Shown here one piece after another: positions 40,138 to 57,318 of a DNA stretch of 64,000 bases. This stretch comes from Eledone cirrhosa (taxonomy: Eukaryota), in contig CAXHJY010000138.1 in the NCBI GenBank assembly GCA_964016885.1, positions 174 to 64,173 of the forward strand, in the 5' to 3' direction. Under the pieces are notes generated by a model. It did not search any database and was not told where the DNA came from. It saw only the letters and a list, made by a program, of their open reading frames with translations. Each line of letters opens with the position of its first letter. The stretch's first letter is position 1. The translations under genes and the position numbers were made by a program.

Positions 40138-40525
40138 TAGGAGGTGAGTTTTATTGTAGTACAATAAAGCAATGCAGATATCGGATAAGTAGCGCTTTAC
40201 AGTTGTAGGACTGGAGTATAAATAATATATAAGATCAAAAGATGGTTAAAAGAGTTCCATGTATTTTATTATGAGCATTTCAAAAACAAATATCATCATG
40301 CGATGACATTTGCGTTTTCATCAGATAAAATAGGGAGACATGATATGAAGGTTAAAAAATGTTGATTTAAAACTGCACTATTCACAAGTGTTTTTTAACC
40401 TTCATATTATGTCTCCTTATTTTATCTGATGAAAACGCAAATGTCATCGCATGATGATATTTGTTTTTGAAATGCGCATAATAAAATACATGGAACTCTT
40501 TTAACCATCTTTTGATCTTATATAT
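40138..40525. mobile_element. Palindromic HHR element; + HHR 40418-40488, - HHR ~40262-40332
   Basis: tattttat-CTGATGA-aaacgcaaatgtcatc-gcat-gatgatatttgttttt-GAAA-tgcgcat-A-ataaaata; arms ~40228-40359 and ~40391-40525. Confidence 0.85.
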
Positions 40526-40709
40526 ATTTTATATATATATATATATATTTAAAAGAATAGAGGTGTAACACACGAGTTCTGATATATATATATATCCTCT
40601 ACCGATACTGCCAATCCACCGCCACTGTATTATATATACATATATAATTGTTTCTACATTTGGCACAAGGCCAGCAATTACCCAGTGTATTACTGGTACT
40701 TTAATATAT

Positions 40710-40930
40710 AATACAAGGACAAATGGTTCAGCCTTCATTACGTTTATTGGTCGTTGAGCGCCTTTCGCTATTGATCGGCTCAAGGTTCGATCTGTATCGA
40801 TCTGGCCTGAGTCTGGAATCAAGCGCTCGTCGGACCTCTGTTGTAGTAATGATAGATCGAACCTTGAGCTGATCAATAGTGAAACGTGGGTCACCAACCA
40901 ATAAACGTAACCAGTCGTGCTTGTATTATT
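40710..40930. mobile_element. Imperfect palindrome with HHR-3'-like GAAA-cgtgggTCA and AATAAA
   Basis: tttcgctattgatcggctcaaggttcgatct ... agatcgaaccttgagctgatcaatagtgaaa. Confidence 0.6.
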
Positions 40931-40956
40931 ATATTACAGTCTGCAGTGTATTGTAA

Positions 40957-41145
40957 GGGCGGTGGATTGGCAGTATATGTAGAGGGTCGGCTGCCATGCT
41001 TTTCAGCACAGTTATGTCCCTTTACGGACTGAGTTCAAATCCCGCCAAGGTTAACTTTGCCTTTCATCCTTACAGGGTCGATAAAATAAAGTACCAGTAA
41101 TACACTGTGATAATTGCTGGCCTTATGCCAAAAGTAGAAACAATT
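40957..41145 (+). mobile_element. SINE family A
   Basis: Consensus match. Confidence 0.9.
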
Positions 41146-41262
41146 ATTATATTACTCTGTCTAGCTCTACATCTCCATACTGACGTGAACCTAGACATCG
41201 AGTGCTCACCTGGGTGAACCTACAGTAACTCCACGTTACACTCCCTGGATATATATATATAT

Positions 41263-41450
41263 AATTGTTTCTACTTTAGGCACAAGGCCAGCAATTACCC
41301 AGTGCATTACTGGTACTTTATTTTATCGACCCCGTAAGGATGAAAGGCAAAGTCAACCTCGGCGGGATTTGAACTCAGATCGTAAAGGGACGTAACTATG
41401 CTGGAAAGCATGGCGTCCCACCCTCTACCGATACTGCCAATACACCGCCC
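41263..41450 (-). mobile_element. SINE family A
   Basis: Consensus match. Confidence 0.92.
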
Positions 41451-41470
41451 TTATATATATATATATAATG

Positions 41471-41520
41471 TTCTTCTCTGATGACGCTGTGATAAACAGG
41501 CGAAACTCTAGAGTAACAAG
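41471..41520 (+). ncRNA. HHR motif
   Basis: CTGATGA-cgctgt-gataa-acaggc-GAAA-ctctagag-TA; palindromic stem III ACTCTAGAGT; stem I weak. Confidence 0.65.
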
Positions 41521-41604
41521 ACTCACTATTCAGCCTTAATAAAATGAATATTGAAACTCAACTTCGGTATTGAGTATTTTTCTCTCAGCCGTCAACCACA
41601 TACG

Positions 41605-41772
41605 GTAGAGCATTAGGTAACATGCTGATTTCAAATCCTGCTGAGGTTAGCTTTGCGTTTCATCCTTACGAGGTCGATAAAATAAAATACCAGTAATGCA
41701 GTGGGGTCGATTTAATCGAGTTTCCCCTCCCCCCTTCAAATTGCTGGCCTTGTGCCTAAAGTAGAAACAATT
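41605..41772 (+). mobile_element. SINE family A variant
   Basis: atttcaaatcctgctgaggttagctttgc...gtcgataaaataaa...gtagaaacaatt. Confidence 0.8.
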
Positions 41773-43154
41773 TTTACAAGATTTATTAGAAGACAGCGAA
41801 ATAACACAAACATCAGACCTTGTTCGATCTCCTAGAAAAAGGCAACCATATTTTATTTAAGGGCAGGGTATAGAGGTCAAAGTGTGTTCGCTAAAAAAAT
41901 TGTGGTGTTCTGTAAATAAATCTTAATAAAAAAATATTTTTTAATATGAATTGATTCATTATTTTATTAAATGTTTTGTGTCATTTAATACCTTATTAAT
42001 ATTAAGGTGGCGGGATTTGTCCGTAAAATAGAAGTATGTGTTCCGGGATTTTTGGAAAACCGCATAATGGTTCTCAGTGAAAATAATCTTGGAGACTACT
42101 GTATTAGATCATATAGTCCTGCATAAGTATTCAAGTATTCAGCGATGGGATGTTCATTGCTGAAGAATTGACCTCCATATATTGAAGAGTTTTTATATTT
42201 AGAATTACTTGATGTGAAGAAGTTTGAAAGTATTAACCCATACAATGTACGGGTTAATACTTTTTGCTATATATAGATAATTTTCAATGCATATCTTTGG
42301 GAAATAAGCTCAGGTACATGTACCGGGACAACGTTGTTTCATTCGAAATGTTTAATTATTCCTATAAAAAAATACCATTTCATTGTTACTTCATTTTAGA
42401 TTATGTTTGAATCTGTTAAACTACTTCAAATTTACCTGACCATCCCTGCTGCAAATTCTGTTTCAATCAATAAGTGTTTATCTGAAATAAATAAATCATT
42501 CCTGAGATGACAAACCATTCAAGGTTTGATCTCTTCAGTAGCCCGTATTTCCTTTTTAAAAAAAAACAAAAACAAAACCAGATATTCTTCGATTTGTAAC
42601 GAAAAATGAATTAAACAACAGAATATTACAGAGATTTGAAATAAAACCAAGAAATATTGAAACTCAATTTAAACGAAGCGTGTATGTAATTTTTTTAATA
42701 AATATATGACAATTTCTGTTTTGTAATACATTATTTCAGTAGCCGTTCCATGTGAATGCATTGCCAAATTTATTTTACTTTACATTTAGGAAATCTTTTC
42801 AAATGATATTACTAAAGAAATGTACAGAATATTAAGAAAAAAGAATATTTTGTCATTTCTAGTAGTCCCACCAAATAATTATAGCTATAGCTCACCATTT
42901 TTATATTTGTTAAATAGACAGTAAATAAAATATAGGTATAGTGGTAACATTTTTGGCTCCACACAATATTCTTGTGTTTTGAATAGTAATTTGAATAAAT
43001 TGTAGATACATTTACTATTAAAGATGATACAAATTGTACATTTGCTAAAAGTTGTTCAAAAATTTGCTACGCCTGAGTGATAATAATAGCTTGGTCCCAT
43101 ATGTGTGTATGTATGTATGTGTGCGTGTTTGTGTGTAGCAGATTAATCTAGCGT

Positions 43155-46650
<3,496 letters not shown>

Positions 46651-46912
46651 GGAAAAAATGAAACGAAATTTCATTTCCCACTCTTAGTACGGCTGTTACT
46701 TAAATATAAGTATGTACACGTACATACATATATGTATACAGACGTACAGTAGTATGTATATATATATACATGCATGCACACATATATATATGTACGTATG
46801 GATTCACCGAAAATTTATTATAATGCTCGGTGTGTTTGGAAACAAACATCCCGTATTAAGCCGTAGTGTCCAGCAAACATCGTTGCTCGTTTGTTCAACA
46901 CTGACAAAGGAA

Positions 46913-46953
46913 CGCTGTACTAGTTTCAAGCTTATTAGCTATCGTCAGCAACG
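46913..46953 (-). ncRNA. Type I minimal HHR (inverted copy)
   Basis: Reverse complement of the motif at 47442-47482. Confidence 0.8.
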
Positions 46954-47441
46954 TATACCTTCCTGCCAGATTGTTGAACGTATATATTTACCTTATGCAT
47001 ATTAACGGCTGAGTAGCCCAATTTGCATGACGATAGCTAATAAGCTTGAAACTAGTACAGCGTTCCTTTGTCAGTGTTGAACAAACGAGCAACGATGTTT
47101 GCTGGACACTACGGCTTAATACGGGATGTTTGTTTCCAAACACACCGAGCATTATAATAAATTTTCGGTGAATCCATACGTACATATATATATGTGTGCA
47201 TGCATGTATATATATATACATACTACTGTACGTCTGTATACATATATGTATGTACGTGTACATACTTATATTTAAGTAACAGCCGTACTAAGAGTGGGAA
47301 ATGAAATTTCGTTTCATTTTTTCCGTTTATCGTTTTCGGTGCACCCGGCCGATTAACCCACTCGATATGCAAATTGGGCTACTCAGCCGTTAATATGCAT
47401 AAGGTAAATATATACGTTCAACAATCTGGCAGGAAGGTATA

Positions 47442-47482
47442 CGTTGCTGACGATAGCTAATAAGCTTGAAACTAGTACAGCG
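47442..47482 (+). ncRNA. Type I minimal HHR
   Basis: cgttg-CTGACGA-t-agct-aata-agct-t-GAAA-ctag-TA-cagcg; stem III ACTAGT is palindromic. Confidence 0.85.
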
Positions 47483-47803
47483 TTCCTTTGTCAGTGTTGA
47501 ACAAACGAGCAACGATGTTTGCTGGACACTACGGCTTAATGTGGGATGTTTGTTTACAAATACACCGAGCATTATAATAAATTTTCGGTGAATCCATACG
47601 TACATATATATATGTGTGCATGTATGTATATATATATACATACTACTGTACGTCTGTATACATATATGTATGTATGTGTACATACTTATATATATATATA
47701 TATATAGTGGTGGAACAATGGAAGCTAATATCCGTAGTGGTAGAGCACTCAGTCCAAGGGACGAGTTAGGTAGAAGTGGTTACACAACAGTTAGTTCACC
47801 ATA

Positions 47804-47843
47804 CCGAGAACAATTATTTCACCTTCACGGATCTTCAGCTCGG
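47804..47843 (-). ncRNA. Type I minimal HHR
   Basis: Minus strand reads ccgag-CTGAAGA-tcc-gtgaa-ggt-GAAA-taattg-TT-ctcgg; perfect stem I. Confidence 0.7.
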
Positions 47844-47908
47844 GATGTGTATGGTTATAGGAACAGAAAGGACAATAAATATATATATATATATAAATAT
47901 GTATATAA

Positions 47909-47946
<38 letters not shown>

Positions 47947-47994
47947 GTATATATAAATATATAAATATGTATATATATATAAATATATATATAA

Positions 47995-48034
<40 letters not shown>

Positions 48035-48035
48035 G

Positions 48036-48067
<32 letters not shown>

Positions 48068-48098
48068 TATAAATAAGTATATATATATATATAAATAA

Positions 48099-48133
<35 letters not shown>

Positions 48134-48306
48134 TGTATATATATATAAATATATATATAAATATATATATAAATATGTATATATATATATATAAATATAT
48201 ATATAAATATGTATATATATATATATAAATATATATATAAATATGTATATATATATAAATATGTATATATATATATATATAAATATGTATATATATATAT
48301 ATAAAT

Positions 48307-48341
<35 letters not shown>

Positions 48342-48541
48342 CGATATTAATAAATGGAAACTATATTAATAAAACCATATTTATTTCATTATATATATCA
48401 AGGATACCAAGTTACATTATGGTATGCCTTCATCAGACAAAATACAATATATAACAGTTTTATAAATAGACATTAACGTACCCCTTTAAAAATTGACCGT
48501 TGCTTTTGGAGGCCATCAGGATAGTTCGCGTATAAATTTCG

Positions 48542-48647
<106 letters not shown>

Positions 48648-48659
48648 CCAAATTTATAC

Positions 48660-49115
48660 GGGAACAAGACAGAGAATCAGACAAATAAAGGTTTATTAGG
48701 TTCCCGCTTTTGAGAGTGAGGGGTGGGGAACCACGTTTCAGGCATAAGCCCTTCTTCAGGAGTAAATAGGTTAGTAAGAGAGTTCAGAGGGTGTGTGGAA
48801 ATACATTTAGAAAAAATGGGGAAAGAGATCAAATAAAAATAAAAATAAACATATATATATAGTAAAAAATTGAACGGGAACAAAACAGAGAGGCAGTACG
48901 AACAAAGGTTTATTAGTTTCACGCTCTTGAGAGTTGGGTGTTGGTGGGGAACGACGTTTCGGGCATAAGCCCTTCTTCAGGTGAAAAGTGTGTGGGAAGA
49001 GAGTTACAAGGGTGTGTAGGGGAGTGGTGGAGAGACATATAGAAAAAAGGGGATGAGAGGAAACGGTACAAATGGAATTAAATATAAAAGCATAATAAAA
49101 ATAAAAATAAACATA
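48660..49115 (-). mobile_element. Diverged tandem direct repeat (~220-bp unit x2), each unit with a minimal HHR (~48730-48762, ~48951-48983)
   Basis: CTGAAGA-agggc-ttat-gcct-GAAA-cgtg and CTGAAGA-agggc-ttat-gccc-GAAA-cGTC on the minus strand, 221 bp apart. Confidence 0.8.
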
Positions 49116-49557
49116 TATATATATAAGGGCGGTGCCCCAGCATGGCCTCAGCCGGATGGCTGAAACAGGTAAAAGAGTATATATATAAACAAATAGTAGC
49201 TTAAATCGACCCGTAATCGATATAAAGATAATATTAATAAATATTAAATAAATGAATGTTTCTTTGTATAACACGATGTTCTACATGAGAGAGTGGGAAG
49301 ACGACTACATCAGATCAATATATAACTGGTAATGATAAAGTCAAAGGTTTAATATGTGAATAGATTATATTGAGACCAGAATTATTAAGGAACCGAGCTC
49401 AGTTATGCAATTGTTGCTTTCTCAACAGGACGACGCTATAGGGAAGAATATGCAACTCTTCAAATGGTTATTATATTTTCATGAGTTTAAAGGATTGAAG
49501 TTCTTTTAATTCATTTTCCACTTAAACATTTCGACAAAATATGTGTAAATAAATATA

Positions 49558-49738
49558 TAATGTTTCTACTTTTGGCACAAGGCCACAAATACCCAGTGCA
49601 TTACTGGTACTTTATTTTATCGACCCAGTAAGGATGAAAGGCAATGTTAACCTCGGCGGGATTTGAACTCAGAATGGCAAGGGCCGTAACTCTATGCGTC
49701 AAAAAGCATGTCGTCTGACCCTCTACCGATATTGCCAA
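49558..49738 (-). mobile_element. SINE family A
   Basis: Consensus match. Confidence 0.9.
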
Positions 49739-49778
49739 TAAATATATAATGGTTTCTTTATTTATAAAATAAATAACA

Positions 49779-49897
<119 letters not shown>

Positions 49898-49935
49898 TCT
49901 ATCTCATATAATTCAAATATATACAATAACATATA

Positions 49936-49968
<33 letters not shown>

Positions 49969-50076
49969 GCTATATCGAATATATACAATTATATATATAT
50001 TTATTTTCTGTCTTATATATCAAACACACATACACGCACGCTCACACACACATACACACACACAGACAGACAGACA

Positions 50077-50119
<43 letters not shown>

Positions 50120-50727
50120 TACTGTGAATCTTTATATTTGATACAAGATACGTTTGTGTCAGTGTTTTTCTGTGTATAATTATAGGTGTAGAAAAAGACA
50201 TCTACTTTCAGTAAAAGTGTTTTTCAAAAGTGCCAAGTTCAAAAGAAATGAGAGACTCTTTAAAAGGTGAAGGAGGTTTGAAACGTGTTAGAACAAGACC
50301 TGAGGATCTTCTGCTATTATACTGAGGGGCAGTGTTCTATTGTAACACTATGGTACACTTAAAATTACTTTTTACTCTATATTCAGTAGTGCCATTAAAT
50401 ATTACTGAACGTGAGATGTCTTAGATGCTGGGATTAGCTAAAGGCTAAATCAAAGACCAGTATTCTTAAAATCTCTCCGTATATTTCTCTCCGTATCTTT
50501 CCCTTCGTTTTACTACTTCTCATTTCTTCTGTCTTAGTCTCTATCGCTCACTATTTTTTTTCTGTTCCACTGTTATAGTTTGTTTATCAACAGCCTCCAT
50601 TACTTTCAGCCATACATTCCATATGTCAGGTGTTTTACCATCCATGTTGCTTCCGTCCGTTCCTTTCTCTCCATTATATCTATGTGTCTATCTTTCTCTT
50701 ACTCTATATCTACATCTAACACTCTGA

Positions 50728-50784
<57 letters not shown>

Positions 50785-51038
50785 ATATAGAGAGAGATAG
50801 AGAGAGATATGAATAATGTATATATATGATGTATATATATATATATTTATATAATGTATATACATACATATATATATATATAATGTACACATACACACAC
50901 ATTCATATACACACACACACACATACATACACATACATATATATATGGAAAAGAAATCGAAAATGCAGCTGGAGTCTTTTTAAGTATATTTCTTTATTTC
51001 TTTACCGGTTTCACAGTTCTTATGCTTTTCAAAAATAT

Positions 51039-51102
<64 letters not shown>

Positions 51103-51431
51103 GATAAATCTACCAAAAGTTTACGGTAGTGTCCAATCCGTATGAAGAACTCAATGTAATCCGGATATCATGAAAAGAGAAGATGCATTCAAAAACTACT
51201 TTCGGTGAAAAATAAACGGAAAACAGAGTCAAGATAAATTAATAAAATAATGAATAAACAAAGAAACAGTTCCTTATATAAAAAAAAAATTTCATCATTT
51301 TACGATCGTTTCTAGGATATATATGTGTTAGAGTTGGTATGCATATTCTATAGATCTATGTACAATATTTATACAAACTATCAGAGGGAATATACATACC
51401 TACACATATATATGCTGTCTTCAGAAATAAT

Positions 51432-51615
51432 TGTTTCTACTTTAGGCACAAGGCCAGCAATTACCCAGTGCATTACTGGTACTTTATTTTATCGACCCCG
51501 TAAGGATGAAAGGCAAAGTCAACCTCGGCGGGATTTGAACTCAGATCGTAAAGGGACGTAACTATGCTGGAAAGCATGACGTCCGACCCTCTACCGATAC
51601 TGCCAATCCACCACC
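51432..51615 (-). mobile_element. SINE family A with 17-bp TSD, inserted into an HHR element
   Basis: ctgtcttcagaaataat duplicated at 51415-51431 and 51616-51632. Confidence 0.92.
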
Positions 51616-51723
51616 CTGTCTTCAGAAATAATGATATTTGTTTATTGAAAAAAACAAAGATTCAATACAATAGGTCTGTTTGGGAACAGGTTTTGAATTG
51701 ACCAATAGAGAGATAGTGAGGGT

Positions 51724-51808
<85 letters not shown>

Positions 51809-51860
51809 GAGATACAGATATATTTTCCTGTGTGTGTGTCAGACTAACACTGTCAATTAC

Positions 51861-52016
51861 CTTAACATGAACAGTAAATACAGCAAGAAACTGTGACAGC
51901 AACCGAAGAACTGAAGCTAATGTAAACCATAATCCTACACACGACCTTGTCTGGTCCATATAACACAAGGAAAGTAAAGATAAAACGAATCCTTTAAAAT
52001 CAAATCTCAAACCTTC
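51861..52016 (-). other. Candidate 156-nt exon (EGLRFDFKGFVLSLLSLCYMDQ...VHVK)
   Basis: ttttccag| acceptor and aag|gtaatt donor on the minus strand; one frame open, phase 0-0; no recognisable homology. Confidence 0.25.
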
Positions 52017-52324
52017 CTGGAAAATAGTTATCGACCTACAGTAATTATTGATAATGTATGTACGTATCTATGTACATATATATATGCTGTGACAAAAACT
52101 GGTGACCGTTGATTCTGTTGAGTTCTTCCGCCCTTTCTAAGAGAGGGAAACTCTGGAAAAAAAACTACGATTCTGAAGCATCCGATGATGTTGACCAGTT
52201 CTCCTTTGCGGGAACTGTCTTCGATGCTCAGAGAGTGGGATTGGTCGAGTGCAAGGCCTTTCCCCACTTAATAAAACCTTCAAAGCACAGGCATTGTAAT
52301 ACTCTTAACAAAGTTTGCAGCCAT

Positions 52325-52406
<82 letters not shown>

Positions 52407-52497
52407 CGTATTTTAACCAAATTTTGAATATTACAACTCGTACGTGTGACTAGTGCTTTGCCAGCTTTGGATATATTCTTTACGAAATTCAGTACAC

Positions 52498-52568
<71 letters not shown>

Positions 52569-52736
52569 TTGTTTCTTCAACCTCTTTTCTGTTTCTATCT
52601 TTGTACTTTCTATGCACTTTTGTTTGCATTTTTTTTCAAATTTGATCTCCCTTTCATTTACTTAGATTTTTTACCTCAGTTATCCCTCATTCTCTCTCTT
52701 ATCAGCCGTAGGGATTCCGTTCTGTGGTGGTGGTGA

Positions 52737-52780
<44 letters not shown>

Positions 52781-53169
52781 AACTTTTCTGATATTCTGTT
52801 AACTCCATCGAGTTCTTATGATAGAGGCTGATAGTAAAATTATTGGTATTGACTCGAGGCCTGTTAAGCAAATCTTAAAGTTACTTTCCCATATCTTTAT
52901 ATCCTAAGGCGTTTAAGCATCGTTTTATATATTTAATGCCCTAATGGATTTACATCTCTGTATAAAAACGAATAAATCTCTCATATGCAACAAGGTACAT
53001 GTTCACAAATATAAAATTTAATATGAACAGATATATGTGTATTTTTTAAAACAATATTAAGTATATTCCGAATTTCTGAAGAGATTACAAATGTATTTTA
53101 TATAATCTTTCTTAGTCTTCGGCGTAGACATGGCGAAGTGTTAGTTTACTATATATATATATATATATA

Positions 53170-53675
53170 TCATCATCATTTTACGCCCGCTTTTCCCTGT
53201 TTGCAAGTGTGGGACGGGTCTTATTCAGCACAGCATCTCTCCACTTGTCACGGTCCTTCGTCATCTCCCTTGTGAGATTCAGTGATCTGAGGTCACCTCT
53301 CACCACCTCCGCCCATGTTTTTCGTGGTCTTCCTCTACTATGTCTTCCTTCTACTAGAATTTATTGGCACTTCTTCACCCAGCTGTCATCCGCCATGCGG
53401 ATCACATGTCCGTACCATCACAGTCTTCTCTCCCGCACACTACAGTTTAATCCTCTTATACACAGTTTCTCTCTCAACTCATCCATGCTTGCTCGTGCAC
53501 GTACATTGACATTACACATCCAACGGAGCATGCTTGCTTCATTTCTCTCCAGCCATCGCATATCCTCTTCAGTTGCTGCCCACGTCTCACTACCATGCAG
53601 CATCGCGCATCTCACACAGGCATCATATAACCGGCCTTTCGTACGCAGGGAGAAACCCTTCTTTGTCAACAGAGG
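53170..53675 (-). pseudogene. RTE-type LINE 3' fragment
   Basis: FSLRTKGRLYDACVRCAMLHGSETWA..LERNEASMLRWMC..ELREKL. Confidence 0.88.
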
Positions 53676-54263
53676 AAATATATATATATTCATATACCAC
53701 TACAGTTCCACTAGCTGTTACTTATATACACATATATATATTATCACATGACTCATATGACAGGTGCAATATGTCCGAACACGGAAGAGCCGAACTCCCA
53801 CCGTCATCGCCCCAATCTCTCTTGCTCCAACATATCTCTGTATAGTGAGCAAATGGGGCCCCACACGCTGGTCGGCCGACAGCCCCGGCAGACAAATTAG
53901 TGCTTCAGTCAGCACACCACACTATTTTGTCTGATACCCAAACTTCTGTAACGAATTTCATTATTCAGACTGTCGCCTATTTGGTTTCCAGTAAAAAATA
54001 CTGTTTACAATGGATGTTCATGTAACAATTCTACAGAAATGGAAACCTAGTAGTTGGTTTTGTCATTCCAGAATCTAAGTGATTGCAAGAATGGGCACTC
54101 GTGTGTTTTACTGACTGTGGCATATCAAACATATCCGATATTCATTTGAGGATACCGTTCTCATAACAACAACAAATGCATGAAGGACCGTGGAAATAAT
54201 AATAATGATTAAACGATATATGTAACATCAGCATCTTATTTTCTCATATATATATATATATAT

Positions 54264-54901
54264 ATAGGAAAAAGTATGACCCCGACGGCAGAGCTCAAGC
54301 CGTTTCGACGGCTATTTCTGGACTAAATTAGAATGTTTAGCGTGGTAGATAAATAGCCGAACTTTTCAAGGGGTAATTCCTTATATGGGAAGATTGTAGT
54401 TGTCAAGAGGATTGGTCAATATTTCTTGTAAACACAATTTTTTTTTGTATTACTTATTACTACCCAACTCTATAATTTCAAAAATTTTTAATTTATTTAG
54501 TATTTTCTATTCTCAACTTATTAACCTATTCTATAGCATTGGCCGAAAATGCAATACCATCTAAATATAGCAGCGGTTTTAGACTCTACAGTTTTTTTTA
54601 TCTCTTCTCACTATCCAATTTTATATTTGTATATATGTTTCTCTTATTTATTTATTATCTCCTAATCTCAATTGATTTACCTATTCTATAACGTCCCTTC
54701 TCTATTTTCTCCAGAATCCTTTTTCGCCTACTTCCTCAAGCCTAGTTTCATACACAATCCTTAGATTTTGCTGTATAGATTTCACTTCCAACGCTTGACC
54801 GGCTCCACCGCCTCGCTCATTGTTCTACAGGCAAGTTCAGCCAACCCCATTTCCCTCGAAACGGCTCGAGCTCTGCCGTCGGGGTCATACTTTTTCCTAT
54901 T
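54264..54901. mobile_element. Non-coding element with ~45-bp terminal inverted arms (54264-54311 / 54855-54901)
   Basis: ataggaaaaagtatgaccccgacggcagagctc.agccgtttcg versus cgaaacggctcgagctctgccgtcggggtcatactttttcctat. Confidence 0.7.
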
Positions 54902-54984
54902 ACCCACTCTACTACCCTAAGTATTGAGTACTCTGGTGCGTTATGGTCAATCTGGTTCCTTACCACATCTCCTTCGTTATATAT

Positions 54985-55113
54985 ACGGCCCTTGCCATTC
55001 TGAGTTCAAATCCCGCCGAGGTAAACTTTGCCTTTCATCCTTATGGGGTCGATAAAATAAAGTACCAGTAATGTACTGGGTTATTGTGGCCTTGTGCCAA
55101 AAGTAGAAACAGT
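54985..55113 (+). mobile_element. SINE family A, 5'-truncated
   Basis: Consensus match. Confidence 0.85.
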
Positions 55114-55379
55114 TATATATATATTCACACACACACATAATCAGAATAAAGGGAAGAGAAGGCAATACATTCAAAAGCAAATTTACAACTTACAAGGTGT
55201 TTCAACTACTCCATATCGAAATAACAGTTCATGCGTATATATGTGTGTGTGTGTACGCGCGCATATATAATACTATGAGTAATATTTACGTAGAATCTTA
55301 TATATATAGCGAGAGAGCTATATACATATGTGTATGTGTTGTGTATATTTATGTATAAAATATATATATATAAAAAGGA

Positions 55380-55591
55380 TCGATCGACTTTCGTCAAATC
55401 GGACCGAGGAAACAATGTTTCCATTGGTCTTTCCAATTGCTAGTACTATCTAACGGTCGCAACTCCAGGTAGAAGGAGCAACGTAAAATAAAATGTCTTG
55501 CTCAAGGACATAACGCATCGTCCGGTCCAGGTATCGAACTCACAACCTCAAGATTGTCAATCCAATTCTCTAACCATTCAGCCTCACGCCT

Positions 55592-55592
<1 letters not shown>
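55380..55592 (-). mobile_element. SINE family B-related copy
   Basis: tgtcttgctcaaggaca...gtatcgaactcacaacc...tctaaccattcagcc. Confidence 0.75.
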
Positions 55593-55655
<63 letters not shown>

Positions 55656-55685
55656 TTCTGCGTTCACAGATTGATTTTTTTTTTT

Positions 55686-55737
55686 AGTTTCAGATGATCC
55701 CGTTAAGGGTGAAAGCAGCGATTGTTTGCTTAAACTT
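55686..55737 (+). ncRNA. HHR-like motif with stable stem III and CAGATGA core variant (family also at ~25085-25255)
   Basis: agttt-CAGATGA-t-ccc-gttaa-ggg-t-GAAA-gca-gcgattgtt-tgc-TTA-aact. Confidence 0.55.
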
Positions 55738-55840
55738 TAATCTGTTTTTTTAATAAATATTTGCTCTATGGTTTTTATATATTTGATATATATTTATTCT
55801 TATCGAGCCGTCTTTGGATTTTAGTCTTCACATTTATTAT

Positions 55841-56020
55841 TTGGATTGGCAGTATCGGTAGAGAGTCGGACACCATGCTTTGAAGCATAGAGTTAGTCCC
55901 TTTATGATCTGAGTTCAAATCCCGCCGAGGTAAACTTTGCCTTTCATCCTTACGGGGTCGATAAAATAAAGTACCAGTAATGTACTGGTAATTTGCTGGC
56001 CTTGTGCCAAATGTAGAAAC

Positions 56021-56023
<3 letters not shown>
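55841..56023 (+). mobile_element. SINE family A
   Basis: Consensus match. Confidence 0.9.
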
Positions 56024-56060
<37 letters not shown>

Positions 56061-56620
56061 GTGTGTGTGTGTAAAGGGAGAGATAGTGGGTCTGGGGATA
56101 GAGTGTATGTACAAACAAATGTAGAAGTGTAAATCAAAATGGGGCACATTTATCTTTTGATGATAGGAATGTAAAAACTAACAGGAAAAGGTGATTGAGT
56201 GAGAATGTCATTGAAGGTTTTGTTGTGATGGTCAGATAGTGTTGGATGGCATAAATGATGATTCGGGGAGAAACAAGATAAGATTGAAGTGATAAAATAT
56301 TTGTATATTATTATTGAAAAAGAAATAAAATGTGGGGTGGCGGTGGGTGTATTTTACAAATTAGGAACGGGTGTTTGATGATAAGCAAGGGGAGGAAGAA
56401 AACTGATTAAGCGATGGCGCCGTGTTTTGGTGGTCAAAATAAGGTTATGCCTGATAATAGATATTTGGCGAACAAACGAAATAAAATAATTTAGATAAGT
56501 GTATTTATATAGTTATATATTTATATGGCGATGGTGAACCGTTAGAGAATAATACCACTAGGGAAGCCATTATTTACTTTTTTTTTTCATATAAATATAT
56601 ATAAATACATATGTATATAA

Positions 56621-56654
<34 letters not shown>

Positions 56655-56735
56655 TTATGTATGCATATATATCTACATACGCACTCATATATATATATAT
56701 ATTCAGTTATTTCGATCTTGCTTATAATTTGCTCA

Positions 56736-56766
<31 letters not shown>

Positions 56767-57029
56767 AATTGTGTGTGTGTGTGTGCGTGTGTTTGTTGAG
56801 CAAATTATAAAGAACAATATCGAAATAACTGGATATATATATTTAATATAGAAATGGCTTCTACAGGACTAGAACCGTTTCATTCGAAGGAAATCACGAG
56901 GAAAGCGGGCTTTCTACAGTTCTACTCCTATCGAAACCATTTCTATATTAAATATTTATACTCTGTTATGTATTGAGTACCTTACTTAGTGTGGTTACCC
57001 CCGTTTGAACCTTGGATACACCCCCCCCC

Positions 57030-57083
<54 letters not shown>

Positions 57084-57244
57084 ATATATATATTGTTATA
57101 CTTTGGGAGGGTCATGTTGCCAATAAGAAACACACGCACCAGTAGCTTTCACTTCAATTTATTATAATAAATTTATAAATTTAGGAATATCGGTTTCAAC
57201 ACACGTTTTCAGATAAAGAATCTTGCTAAACAAATTCAGAAACG

Positions 57245-57318
<74 letters not shown>

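Noticed and set aside
52085-52290. Possible coding fragment (ORFs 52028-52267 and 52109-52453)
   Set aside because: No recognisable motif or splice boundaries, and it runs into (TG)n.
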